Shown piece after piece: positions 9,491-17,843 of a DNA stretch of 56,208 bases (its first letter is position 1; the number at the start of each line of letters is the position of its first letter). A model generated the notes under the pieces. It saw nothing but the letters and a program-made list of their open reading frames with translations, ran no database searches and was not told the origin of the DNA. The stretch comes from a virus (Duplodnaviria > Caudoviricetes): the IMG/VR virus record IMGVR_UViG_3300043149_000013, positions 1 to 56,208 of that record. One strand, written 5' to 3'. A program made the position numbers and the translations under genes.

Positions 9491-9934
9491 ATGGCAGAGA
9501 CGCAAACCCCTAAAGAGTGGAGAGCCACGCGGGTGGCCGGACCCGAAGAAGGCTACCGGCATTTCTCGCTGATGTGCGGTTGCGGATGTGGCCGCATCGC
9601 CTGTTGCGCCAGTGAACCATACTTTGAGAATTACTGTTGCCGCAGTTGCCGTGAAGATGGCGTCCACAGCCAGCGTTGTGATGAGACGTGGAAGTATTGC
9701 TCCATGCTGCTGGTAGAGGATCTGGAGCCGGGGAATCGGGTCTATGTCGATGCTCCGAGAAAACACGGCAATGGATGGGATGGGTTCTCCTGCATCGTGA
9801 CTGAGGTGTTGGGGGATCGGCGATACAAGGCGCGCGCCGTGTACTTCAACGGGAGAGACAGCGGCGGAACCATCATCTGCAAATTCGAGGAATGGCACCT
9901 CGTGTTGGAGCCGGGTTCCTGGATTCGCGCGTGA
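9491..9934 (+). CDS. Cys-rich hypothetical protein with SH3-like C-terminus
   Basis: CGCGC, CC..C and further Cys residues; flanked by the 19-bp repeats. Confidence 0.6.
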   Translation: MAETQTPKEWRATRVAGPEEGYRHFSLMCGCGCGRIACCASEPYFENYCCRSCREDGVHSQRCDETWKYCSMLLVEDLEPGNRVYVDAPRKHGNGWDGFSCIVTEVLGDRRYKARAVYFNGRDSGGTIICKFEEWHLVLEPGSWIRA

Positions 9935-9950
9935 TATACTGACCGTCGAA
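9932..9950 (+). repeat. 19-bp direct repeat, copy 2
   Basis: Identical to 9472-9490. Confidence 0.9.
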
Positions 9951-9982
9951 TCAGGTTCCCAAGTTCAATATCTGGAGCAAAC

Positions 9983-10204
9983 ATGAGCGAAAGCACCTTC
10001 ACGCGCGGACAGAAAGTCCTCGTGGTGGGATACGTGGAAAAGACCAAGGCCAACGGCGAGTTGGTCGTGGAGATTGCGGGCAAGAAGATCGCCGGCACGT
10101 TGGCGGAAGCCGCCGCGCCGCTAGCAGCCGCAGCCGAGGGAGACGGGGGACAGGAAACCACACCGATTGTGGACTTCCAGGAAACCACGCCGATTGTGGA
10201 CTAG
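9983..10204 (+). CDS. Small hypothetical protein
   Basis: GGAG RBS; ends with a duplicated QETTPIVD. Confidence 0.6.
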   Translation: MSESTFTRGQKVLVVGYVEKTKANGELVVEIAGKKIAGTLAEAAAPLAAAAEGDGGQETTPIVDFQETTPIVD

Positions 10205-10236
10205 AATAGATTCCAATCTGATATCCTGTGGCTGAA

Positions 10237-10284
10237 GATGGGGGCGGCATAGCCGGGGTGAGAGTCCTCGGGGCCGTCCCCATC
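10237..10284. other. Long hairpin with a T-loop-like apex between convergent genes
   Basis: GATGGGGGCGGC/GCCGTCCCCATC plus CCGGGG-TGAGAGT-CCTCGG. Confidence 0.6.
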
Positions 10285-10289
10285 GCACG

Positions 10290-10901
10290 TCAGGCCGACA
10301 CGCGGTGCAGCACGCGCGGCCGCACAATCAACACCACCCACCCCAACGCGCACAACGCGGCACCTGCGTAATTGAGCGACAGCACCGCATCCCGTCCCAC
10401 CTGGGGCCACCACTGCCACGTCCACAAATCCATCGCCTGATTCACAGTCACGGCGAACAGCAGCCATGCATGGTACCGGGTCTCCCGATCGGTCGGCACG
10501 AAGCGCAGCACGCGGATGGTCAGCAACAGGAATAGCGCCATCAGGGTTTGGAAGTGCCGCAGACCTTCGGTGAATCCGTGGACGGGCCACAGCAACATAC
10601 CGAACACCGGAACCGAAATCAGGGCCGCGACGATCTTGCGCCGGTCCTTCCGCCACCACAGGCCATTCGCCAGGTGCACCAGGCATTCCACCGCGGCCCC
10701 GGCGCGCGTGAGCATCAAACCCCACTCCACCACGGTCCAGGGACCCCAACGTAATTGGGAGAATCCACCGCACATGCCAATCAACGCCAGCGCCACGTAA
10801 GAGCAGAATGCCGGGTAGTGGCGGTAGCGTCCATGCCCTATCAGAATGGCGAGCAGGACCGCCAAGGAAATCAACAGCGCATTGTGTAAGCCTTCAGTCA
10901 C
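10290..10901 (-). CDS. Multi-pass membrane protein
   Basis: About 6-7 hydrophobic helices; start uncertain (ORF is open to 11075). Confidence 0.65.
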   Translation of the reverse strand: MTEGLHNALLISLAVLLAILIGHGRYRHYPAFCSYVALALIGMCGGFSQLRWGPWTVVEWGLMLTRAGAAVECLVHLANGLWWRKDRRKIVAALISVPVFGMLLWPVHGFTEGLRHFQTLMALFLLLTIRVLRFVPTDRETRYHAWLLFAVTVNQAMDLWTWQWWPQVGRDAVLSLNYAGAALCALGWVVLIVRPRVLHRVSA

Positions 10902-10957
10902 CCTTGAATTGTAGGCTTGCAAGTGATATACCGGAATAGGCCATTGGGTGGAAAACA

Positions 10958-11635
10958 ATGCAGATTCAGTACGATGAGGCACAGGACCAACAGGACGGAC
11001 GTAGGGCTCTTCACGTCCGGTTGCCGTTTCTGAAAGAAGCGGTGGGGTTGGGGGATGTGATTGCGCAAGGGACACAGGCAGTTGGAATGCAGGGAGCGTG
11101 CGGCATGATACTCTCCACCGGCCTGGGGGACACCGCGCAAGTCACCTCCCTCCTGAACCAAGCGGCAGCCCGCTACAACCTGCCACCCTCCCTACTCCTC
11201 TCCGTCGCGCGGACGGAATCCAACTTGAATCCAAATGCCGTCTCGCCGGCCGGCGCGCAAGGCGTGATGCAACTGATGCCCGCTACTGCGGCAGGACTGG
11301 GTGTCTCCGATCCCTTCGACCCGGCGCAGAATATCGACGGCGGCGCCAAGTACCTGTCACAACTCCTGACCCAGTTCCATGGGGATACCTCCCTTGCACT
11401 CGCAGCCTACAATGCGGGGCCTGGGAACGTGAACAAGTACGGCGGCATCCCACCCTTCCCGGAAACGCAGGCGTACGTCTCCAAAGTGCTGGCCGGCGCA
11501 GGAGACATGTCCACCGGCTTTTACGACGACTCCACACCTTCTCCAGACGTCCCATCCTCCGATTCTTCCGACAACTCCATGCTTTTAGCCCTTGCAGTCC
11601 TTGGGGGTGTGGGGTTAGTATGGGCACTATCGTAG
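10958..11635 (+). CDS. Lytic transglycosylase (SLT domain) with C-terminal TM anchor
   Basis: ES.LNPNAVSPAGAQGVMQLMP, NIDGGAKYL, ALAAYNAG, ETQAYV; alternative start at 11105. Confidence 0.93.
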   Translation: MQIQYDEAQDQQDGRRALHVRLPFLKEAVGLGDVIAQGTQAVGMQGACGMILSTGLGDTAQVTSLLNQAAARYNLPPSLLLSVARTESNLNPNAVSPAGAQGVMQLMPATAAGLGVSDPFDPAQNIDGGAKYLSQLLTQFHGDTSLALAAYNAGPGNVNKYGGIPPFPETQAYVSKVLAGAGDMSTGFYDDSTPSPDVPSSDSSDNSMLLALAVLGGVGLVWALS

Positions 11636-11674
11636 GTACGAAGACGCCTTGAAGAATAAGAATTTGGGTGCGGT

Positions 11675-12616
11675 ATGAGCCGCCCTCTCGTAATTGACCT
11701 GTGCTGTGGCCTGGGTGGATGGACGCACGGCTTTCTCGCGGAAGGCTGGGACGCCATCGGATTCGATATCGAACGGCACCAGTACGGCGAGAAGCGCTAT
11801 CCCGCGCAGCTCGTACTCCAGGACATCCGCACATTGGACGGGCGGCAGTTCCGTAATGCCGACATGATCGTGGCTTCCCCTCCCTGCCAGGCGTACTCGT
11901 ACATGGCCATGCCGTGGGACCGAGCGAAACGGGAGATCCGGTGGCAGAAGTGGGAGCGCGATTCCCCGTTCGGCGACTTCCATCTGAATGATCTGTTTGA
12001 CGCCTGCTTTCGGATCGCACGGGAAGCGGGTGTTCCAATCGTGGTGGAGAATGTGAAGGGTGCCCAGCCGTGGGTCGGTAGGGCAGCGTGGCACTACGGG
12101 AGTTATTACCTTTGGGGAGATGTGCCGGCACTGATGCCGCAGACCCTGCATCGCAAGGTGCCGGGCATGAACTTCCACGAGTTCGAAAAGACTGGACAGG
12201 GCCGGTCCTTCCAATCGGCAGCAGTGGACAGCATCAAGAATGCAGGAACGGCCGGCGGATCGTGGTTTAATATCTCGCACGGGGAGCGCATCCCAGGTAA
12301 CCAGCGCGGAGCGCCGCAGCGCGGAGACGGCCTGAAGACGGTAGGCCACGCCAACATCCGAGACGGACACACACACACGCGCCACCTCACAAATCAGCGT
12401 GAATCGGATGCGGTAAAGGGCATGAGCGGGTTACGCGGCTTCAGCCACCCGAGCGGCAACGGCGGTAGGGACTTGGGCGGGCCGAACGACCCCAGACGCT
12501 TCAGCAGCAAGAGCACGTCCCGCAAAGCCGCATCCGCCATGATTGCCGAGATCCCTTTCGATCTAGCCCAATGGATTGCCCGCTGTTTCAAGCCTGACCG
12601 GAGCGCGACCGCATGA
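11675..12616 (+). CDS. DNA (cytosine-5) methyltransferase-like protein
   Basis: IDLCCGLGG (motif I), SPPCQ (motif IV), VENV (motif VI). Confidence 0.85.
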   Translation: MSRPLVIDLCCGLGGWTHGFLAEGWDAIGFDIERHQYGEKRYPAQLVLQDIRTLDGRQFRNADMIVASPPCQAYSYMAMPWDRAKREIRWQKWERDSPFGDFHLNDLFDACFRIAREAGVPIVVENVKGAQPWVGRAAWHYGSYYLWGDVPALMPQTLHRKVPGMNFHEFEKTGQGRSFQSAAVDSIKNAGTAGGSWFNISHGERIPGNQRGAPQRGDGLKTVGHANIRDGHTHTRHLTNQRESDAVKGMSGLRGFSHPSGNGGRDLGGPNDPRRFSSKSTSRKAASAMIAEIPFDLAQWIARCFKPDRSATA

Positions 12617-13380
12617 ACCCGCAATTCTCGATCTGCCACACCACCGCCCGTCCCAACGCATGGCGCAAATCCTACGACCTCTGGATTGAACGGGCAGCCT
12701 TCCCGGAAAGTGTAGAGTACGTGCTGTGCGTGGATGAAAGATGGGGATTCGACCCGCCGCCAATCTCGCTTCCGATGCCGTCTCCCGACCAGTTCATCTG
12801 GGAGCGTACGGGTTGGGACCGCGTGTGCATGGAGGACGTGAACCCTTTCCAACTCGGATACAGCCTGAACAAGATGGTGTGGAACACCGGCCGCAAATGC
12901 ATGGTAGATGGATACGCCGCAGCCGCGCGCGCCAGCACCGGCACCGTCCTTATCATGAATTCGGACGACATGGAGCCGCCCGAGGAATGGGACGCCGCGC
13001 TACTCTCCGCGATCAGCAACCACAACCCCGACCGCGACGTGATGCGCGATGACTTCGCCATTCACGTGCTCACCGGCTACTTCGACGCTCCGCAAGCCTC
13101 CGGCATCCAAATTCTCTCCCGCGCCCGCTACGAACGCCTAGGATACGTCTTCTACCCCGAATACGAATCCCTTTACGCAGACGACGACTTTCTGCAGCAC
13201 GCCTACCACGACGGCGTAGTGATTGACGCGCGACCCCTCACCTTCCCGCACCACCACGCCGAACGCCCACAATGGGATGACGTGTACCGGCACCAGAACC
13301 GGGGAGAATCTTCCGACCTAGGAAACCGTCTGCTGCAACGCCGGGTAGCGTGCGGATTCCAAAACCTGGAGCCGGAATGA
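12613..13380 (+). CDS. GT-A (family 2-like) glycosyltransferase
   Basis: SICHTTARP, VEYVLCVD, NSDD, YESLYADDDF, HHH. Confidence 0.75.
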   Translation: MNPQFSICHTTARPNAWRKSYDLWIERAAFPESVEYVLCVDERWGFDPPPISLPMPSPDQFIWERTGWDRVCMEDVNPFQLGYSLNKMVWNTGRKCMVDGYAAAARASTGTVLIMNSDDMEPPEEWDAALLSAISNHNPDRDVMRDDFAIHVLTGYFDAPQASGIQILSRARYERLGYVFYPEYESLYADDDFLQHAYHDGVVIDARPLTFPHHHAERPQWDDVYRHQNRGESSDLGNRLLQRRVACGFQNLEPE

Positions 13381-14240
13381 GTTTCCGCCCTTGGAGAGAA
13401 CCGCCCGAGCAGACTATGAGCGACAGCAACCAACCCCACATCATTCTCTTCTGCCCCGTCCGGGAGTGCCCGGAGATCCTGGAAGTCACCTTGGAATCCC
13501 ACCGGGAGTTGGAAGGCATCGCCGAACGGTGGTACTTCGATGACAACGAAGACCCGGCATCCTCGGAACTACTGCAAGGCTTGAATCGCATCGAAATTCC
13601 CAACTTGCCGCCGCGCGAGGGATACCAGGGGCACGGGTGGACGCCGAGCAGCATGGGCAGGATGGCCGCCATCCGGGATTACGCGCTGCATCACTTTGGA
13701 GAAAAGTGGACCACGGACGCGGTATTCATGATCGATGCTGATATCGTGCCACATCCTCAAACAGCCGTCAGGTTGGCTGACCCCTATGAATCCGACACGG
13801 GAGACGCGCTGGTGGTTTCGGAAATCTTTTGGTCTCAATGGCCCTCCAGTCCCTTATGGCTCCCCAATGTCTGGGATGCGGACAACTACAGTTTCCACTC
13901 TCTGGATAACATCGTGCGCTTGCGCGATCCGGGCAACTACCCCGTGGGAGGATTGGGCGCCTGCACCTTAATCGACTGGTACGCCGTGGAGCAAGGCGCA
14001 TCCTACCTGCCCCTGTCGAACCTGACTGTATTCCCCGGCGAGGACCGCCACTTCTGCATCCGCAACGCCGCCCTCGGAATCGACATGCAGGTGAATACGG
14101 AACTGCCGGCATTCCACATCTACCGCAAAGAACAGTTGGCCGAGGCCAAAAAGTGGAAGAAAAGTGGATGCCCTCCGTGCTATTTTCGAGAGAACTGGCT
14201 GACCGATGAATGGGCCAACCAAGTGAGAGGCATGAAATGA
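13377..14240 (+). CDS. GT-A glycosyltransferase
   Basis: CPVR, FDDN, IDAD (DxD), VGGLGACTLI, GEDRHFCIR. Confidence 0.8.
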   Translation: MSFRPWREPPEQTMSDSNQPHIILFCPVRECPEILEVTLESHRELEGIAERWYFDDNEDPASSELLQGLNRIEIPNLPPREGYQGHGWTPSSMGRMAAIRDYALHHFGEKWTTDAVFMIDADIVPHPQTAVRLADPYESDTGDALVVSEIFWSQWPSSPLWLPNVWDADNYSFHSLDNIVRLRDPGNYPVGGLGACTLIDWYAVEQGASYLPLSNLTVFPGEDRHFCIRNAALGIDMQVNTELPAFHIYRKEQLAEAKKWKKSGCPPCYFRENWLTDEWANQVRGMK

Positions 14241-14731
14241 ACAACCCGCCCGTAGTACCCGCCACCATCTGCGTGGCCGCAAGCAAAGACGACTATACCC
14301 AATACCTGCACCGCAAGCGCTCCCTGATTCAGAAAGCCTGCAAGGCCGGAGCCGAACTGGCAGACGGCTTCCTGATGAAGTACATGGGACGGGATCACGT
14401 GCCAGTAGTGACGGCCACGGCCTTTGGCGCGGCCCTGTGTGAAGTGCTGGTGCTGAAGATTGACGCGGAACTGGCCGAACTCGCAAAACCGCAACCCGAG
14501 CGGCCGGGGATCGATCCGGAAGCCTTGATCCATGCGCAGACCGAAGTGCAGGCATGGCAGGAGCGGATTGACATGGTACGCGCCGCGGCGGCCGGGTTCC
14601 CACCCGAGTTGGGATTGAGTGCCATGTGGGAGGCGATTCTTATCCCCATGGCGGAAAAGGGACTGCGGGACGCCGAGCAGCAGCGGGATTGGATTCAGCA
14701 GGCTTTGGAGAATCAGCAGCCGGGCGAGTAG
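14237..14731 (+). CDS. Hypothetical helical protein
   Basis: ATGA coupling to the upstream gene. Confidence 0.55.
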   Translation: MNNPPVVPATICVAASKDDYTQYLHRKRSLIQKACKAGAELADGFLMKYMGRDHVPVVTATAFGAALCEVLVLKIDAELAELAKPQPERPGIDPEALIHAQTEVQAWQERIDMVRAAAAGFPPELGLSAMWEAILIPMAEKGLRDAEQQRDWIQQALENQQPGE

Positions 14732-14739
14732 TTTTTCTC

Positions 14740-14768
14740 TTGACTGCCCCGCGTTTTCGCCGTACAGT
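14740..14768 (+). promoter_or_regulatory. Sigma70-like promoter
   Basis: TTGACT-17 nt-TACAGT. Confidence 0.65.
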
Positions 14769-14774
14769 TGCTTC

Positions 14775-14859
14775 GTCGCCGGTCTTTCTCCGAGGCCGGT
14801 GATTACTCCTACGATTCTTTGATTGGCATGGCGGTTCCCTCGTGGAGCCGCCTTTTTTT
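14775..14859 (+). ncRNA. Candidate small RNA of about 85 nt
   Basis: Own promoter, 5' hairpin, unpaired ACTCCT, intrinsic terminator, no ORF. Confidence 0.55.
14830..14859 (+). terminator. Rho-independent terminator
   Basis: GGCGGTTCC-ctcgt-GGAGCCGCC followed by T7. Confidence 0.85.
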
Positions 14860-14942
14860 CGCTTGTTTCTCCCCTCCAAAACGCTTATGATATTCTCCGT
14901 TAGCAAAGGATAAAATCTACGCCAGAAAAACCCACCACTCCC

Positions 14943-15191
14943 ATGTTTTTGATCCGCCTGTCCATCTGCTCTTGTGGATATGGCGTCCTGCACGATGACA
15001 TTAAACTGGGGACCAAGTACGAAGTGGATCTGTCGGTGCAGTGCCCGGCAACGTATGTGTGCGGGCAATGTGGCAGGGTCTATCTTGTGACCTGCGTTCC
15101 GGCATCGTCGGTTCGCAATCCAGCAGCGGCACCCTACCCGCTACCACTCGCGCTCTTTCAGGACGGGGCCGAATCCAAGCAGGTGCAATGA
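14943..15191 (+). CDS. Small zinc-finger-like protein
   Basis: CSCG...CGQC. Confidence 0.55.
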   Translation: MFLIRLSICSCGYGVLHDDIKLGTKYEVDLSVQCPATYVCGQCGRVYLVTCVPASSVRNPAAAPYPLPLALFQDGAESKQVQ

Positions 15192-15197
15192 ATTGCC

Positions 15198-15620
15198 ATG
15201 AAGCACGACTATAAGGACATCACCGACCGCATACCGGAACCCCCGGCATGGTGGGATCAGAACGGGGTACCTCGATACGGGAAGTTCACGCCGGAAGCCT
15301 GCCCCGACATCTACGCGGCTCAAGTCGCGCTGGTACAAATTGAATGCCAGAATTGCCAGATGCGCTTTCCCGTGGAGATGCACCACCAAATCATCCGCTC
15401 ACGCGGAGCTGGAGACCTGAAGGAGAACATCGCATTAAAGACCTTGCACTACGGGGACCCGCCGATTCACGATTGCACAGGCGACACGATGAACAGCATT
15501 CCGCTCAAGGTGCTGGAATTCTGGATGCGCAAACGTCCACCGAAGGAGTACGGGTTTGAGCGGCTGCCATCATTGGAGCGCGACATCCGGCCCAGTTGGG
15601 CAGACGAGCCCGCCGTATGA
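15198..15620 (+). CDS. Hypothetical phage protein
   Basis: WWDQNGVPRY..F.P, CQNC, LHYGDPP.H.C. Confidence 0.65.
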   Translation: MKHDYKDITDRIPEPPAWWDQNGVPRYGKFTPEACPDIYAAQVALVQIECQNCQMRFPVEMHHQIIRSRGAGDLKENIALKTLHYGDPPIHDCTGDTMNSIPLKVLEFWMRKRPPKEYGFERLPSLERDIRPSWADEPAV

Positions 15621-15910
15621 CCACCCGCGCGCCAATGACACCCGGACAGGTTGCCGACGCTGTAGAAAACGGCTTGGGGATTGGCTCCTGCCAAGAAGAC
15701 GGCCCGCTGAATCACCTGCTCTGTGTTCGGCTGGAGGATGAAAAGGACTTTCGGGAATGGACGCGCACCATCTACATGGATTCTCCCGCGCCGGAAGCGC
15801 CGCCCCGATATCCGGCACTCGCGGTCTGGTTTACCTATTCGAATCGCGGGCCCTACAAGGTCATGCACTACCTGTACGTGCTGGACATGAACGCCACCTA
15901 CGAAGACTGA
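15617..15910 (+). CDS. Hypothetical protein
   Basis: ATGA coupling. Confidence 0.5.
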   Translation: MTTRAPMTPGQVADAVENGLGIGSCQEDGPLNHLLCVRLEDEKDFREWTRTIYMDSPAPEAPPRYPALAVWFTYSNRGPYKVMHYLYVLDMNATYED

Positions 15911-15914
15911 CTCC

Positions 15915-16616
15915 ATGACCGACCCTACCCCTCAAGTGGCGCTCACCCGACAACGATCCCTGCATGTGATGGTGGGGGACACTCGGAGTTCCGCCAATCT
16001 GGTAATCCTGCAAGAGAAGCAATGGGGCCGCATGGTGGTGGAGAAGCGCCCGAAGCCATTCCCTTTTGAGCGGTGGGGATTTGACAACGGGGCGTTCCCT
16101 GCGTTTTGCGCCGGGTTGCCATTTCCCGAGGAAGCGTTTCTGTCCCGATTGGAGGTTGCGCGGCAGGCGAATGTGGACCCATGGCTTGCGGTAGTGCCGG
16201 ATATTGTGGCGGGTGGCATGAGGTCCCTGGAGTTCTCGACGGCATGGCGGGTGCGCCTGCGTGAACCGTGGCCGTGGTATTTGGCAGTGCAGGACGGGAT
16301 GACCTTCGAAGCCGTAGAGGATGTGCTGCACTTATTCAGCGGGATATTCCTCGGGGGAACCGACCGCTTCAAACTGACGGCCTACTCGTGGTGTCAATTC
16401 GCGCACCGACATCACAAGCGATTCCACTATGGACGGGCCGGGACGCTGCGCAAACTGCGCCATGCCTATCAAATTGGGGCGGATTCACTGGACTCCTCTT
16501 TTCCCCTCTGGTCTGCCGAAAGAATGCGGCTGTTCACCCTGTGGTTTGACGGACTGGGAGAACAAACCAACTTTACCTTTGCAGAGCGTTGCACGCCGTT
16601 GCATGGTGTTGCATGA
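15915..16616 (+). CDS. TGT/DpdA-like (tRNA-guanine transglycosylase fold) protein
   Basis: FDNGAF, VVPDIV, AVQDG, IFLGG, HYGR, ADSLDSS pattern. Confidence 0.6.
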   Translation: MTDPTPQVALTRQRSLHVMVGDTRSSANLVILQEKQWGRMVVEKRPKPFPFERWGFDNGAFPAFCAGLPFPEEAFLSRLEVARQANVDPWLAVVPDIVAGGMRSLEFSTAWRVRLREPWPWYLAVQDGMTFEAVEDVLHLFSGIFLGGTDRFKLTAYSWCQFAHRHHKRFHYGRAGTLRKLRHAYQIGADSLDSSFPLWSAERMRLFTLWFDGLGEQTNFTFAERCTPLHGVA

Positions 16617-17572
16617 CGGATTCCCCCACCCCGCAAGTTGCGCTCACCCGAGGTAACAGCGCGCCATATCCCCAGATTGTTCAACAGAAAATCATTCAGT
16701 TGGTCTTGGACTCCCTCAACTCTCCCCAATCCAAGAGAGCCTATTCCCGCGCTTTGCAGACCTTTCTCGCCTGGTTTCATGCCAACCAGCCAGCACAAGG
16801 CCTCACCCGAGCTTCGGTGCAATCCTACCGCTCCTATTTGCTGGAATCGGGCCTTTCTCCCTCCACCGTAAACTTGCGCTTGTGTGCCGTGCGCCGGCTG
16901 GTCGTGGAGGCAGTGGACAATGGGATGCTGGACCCAAACTTGGCAGCAGGAATCCTGCGGATCGCGGGAGCCAAGAAGCATGGGGTACGGACAGGGAATT
17001 GGTTAACGCTGCAGCAGGCCGAGCAGTTGTTGGGGACGCCGGACCCCGAGACACTCCGCGGTAAGCGGGACCGGGCGATACTTGCAGTGCTGATCGGGTG
17101 CGGGTTGCGACGGGAAGAGGCCGCGCGGCTGACCCTGGATCACATACAAATGCGGGAGGCCCGGTGGGTGATTGTGGACATCCAAGGAAAAGGCAACCGG
17201 GTACGGACCATTCCCATGCCGAGCTGGTCCAAGTTGGCAATCGATGAATGGGTAGCGGAAGGGGCCTGCGACTTTTCGTCCGGTAGCGTGCTGTTTCGAG
17301 CAGTGCAGGGGGACCGGATCTCAGGGGATTCGATGACGGCACAATCCATTTTTGATGTGGTGAAGAAGTATGCCGCACAAGCGGATCTGCCCGCGATCGC
17401 GCCGCACGACCTGCGGAGGACATTCGCGAAGTTGGCACACAAGGGGAAGGCCGCATTGGAACAGATCCAATTGAGTTTGGGGCATGCGTCGATTCAGACT
17501 ACCGAGCGGTATTTGGGAGTGTCACAGGATTTGACGGATGCCCCGTGCGATCACCTGGGGATCAAGATATGA
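16613..17572 (+). CDS. Tyrosine recombinase/integrase
   Basis: RDRAIL..GCGLRREE, GKG, HDLRRT, LGHASIQTTERY give the R-K-H-R-H-Y catalytic set. Confidence 0.96.
   Translation: MTDSPTPQVALTRGNSAPYPQIVQQKIIQLVLDSLNSPQSKRAYSRALQTFLAWFHANQPAQGLTRASVQSYRSYLLESGLSPSTVNLRLCAVRRLVVEAVDNGMLDPNLAAGILRIAGAKKHGVRTGNWLTLQQAEQLLGTPDPETLRGKRDRAILAVLIGCGLRREEAARLTLDHIQMREARWVIVDIQGKGNRVRTIPMPSWSKLAIDEWVAEGACDFSSGSVLFRAVQGDRISGDSMTAQSIFDVVKKYAAQADLPAIAPHDLRRTFAKLAHKGKAALEQIQLSLGHASIQTTERYLGVSQDLTDAPCDHLGIKI
16658..16684 (+). repeat. 27-bp inverted repeat, left copy
   Basis: AGCGCGCCATATCCCCAGATTGTTCAA is the exact reverse complement of 20594-20620. Confidence 0.9.
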
Positions 17573-17639
17573 AACTCGCCCGCGTGTTCCCACGAAAGAC
17601 TGGTGGTCGAGTGCAACACGATCCAAAAGAGTGGCTGTT

Positions 17640-17843
17640 TCATTGGATGTAACGCTCCGGATGCTCCGCGCGACTGCGGTCGAAGTAGCGGTTCTTGAAC
17701 GCGAGATCCCAATTCGCCATCCATCGCAGGAGTTTCCAGTACGGCATCCTCACGCGACACCAGAGCACTGCCCACTTGCCGTAGCGCCTCTCGTACTCCT
17801 GCCTGGGTATCAGTTCGTGGTTGCGTGCGTCGTAGAAGTTCAT
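17640..17843 (-). CDS. Hypothetical protein
   Basis: Coupled to the upstream minus-strand gene. Confidence 0.45.
   Translation of the reverse strand: MNFYDARNHELIPRQEYERRYGKWAVLWCRVRMPYWKLLRWMANWDLAFKNRYFDRSRAEHPERYIQ

Noticed and set aside
10151-10202. 27-bp-period tandem duplication (QETTPIVD twice)
   Set aside because: A simple local duplication at a gene end with no sign of function
17569-17652. Short ORF MKLARVFPRKT after the recombinase
   Set aside because: Only 27 codons and possibly a truncated remnant; too little evidence to call
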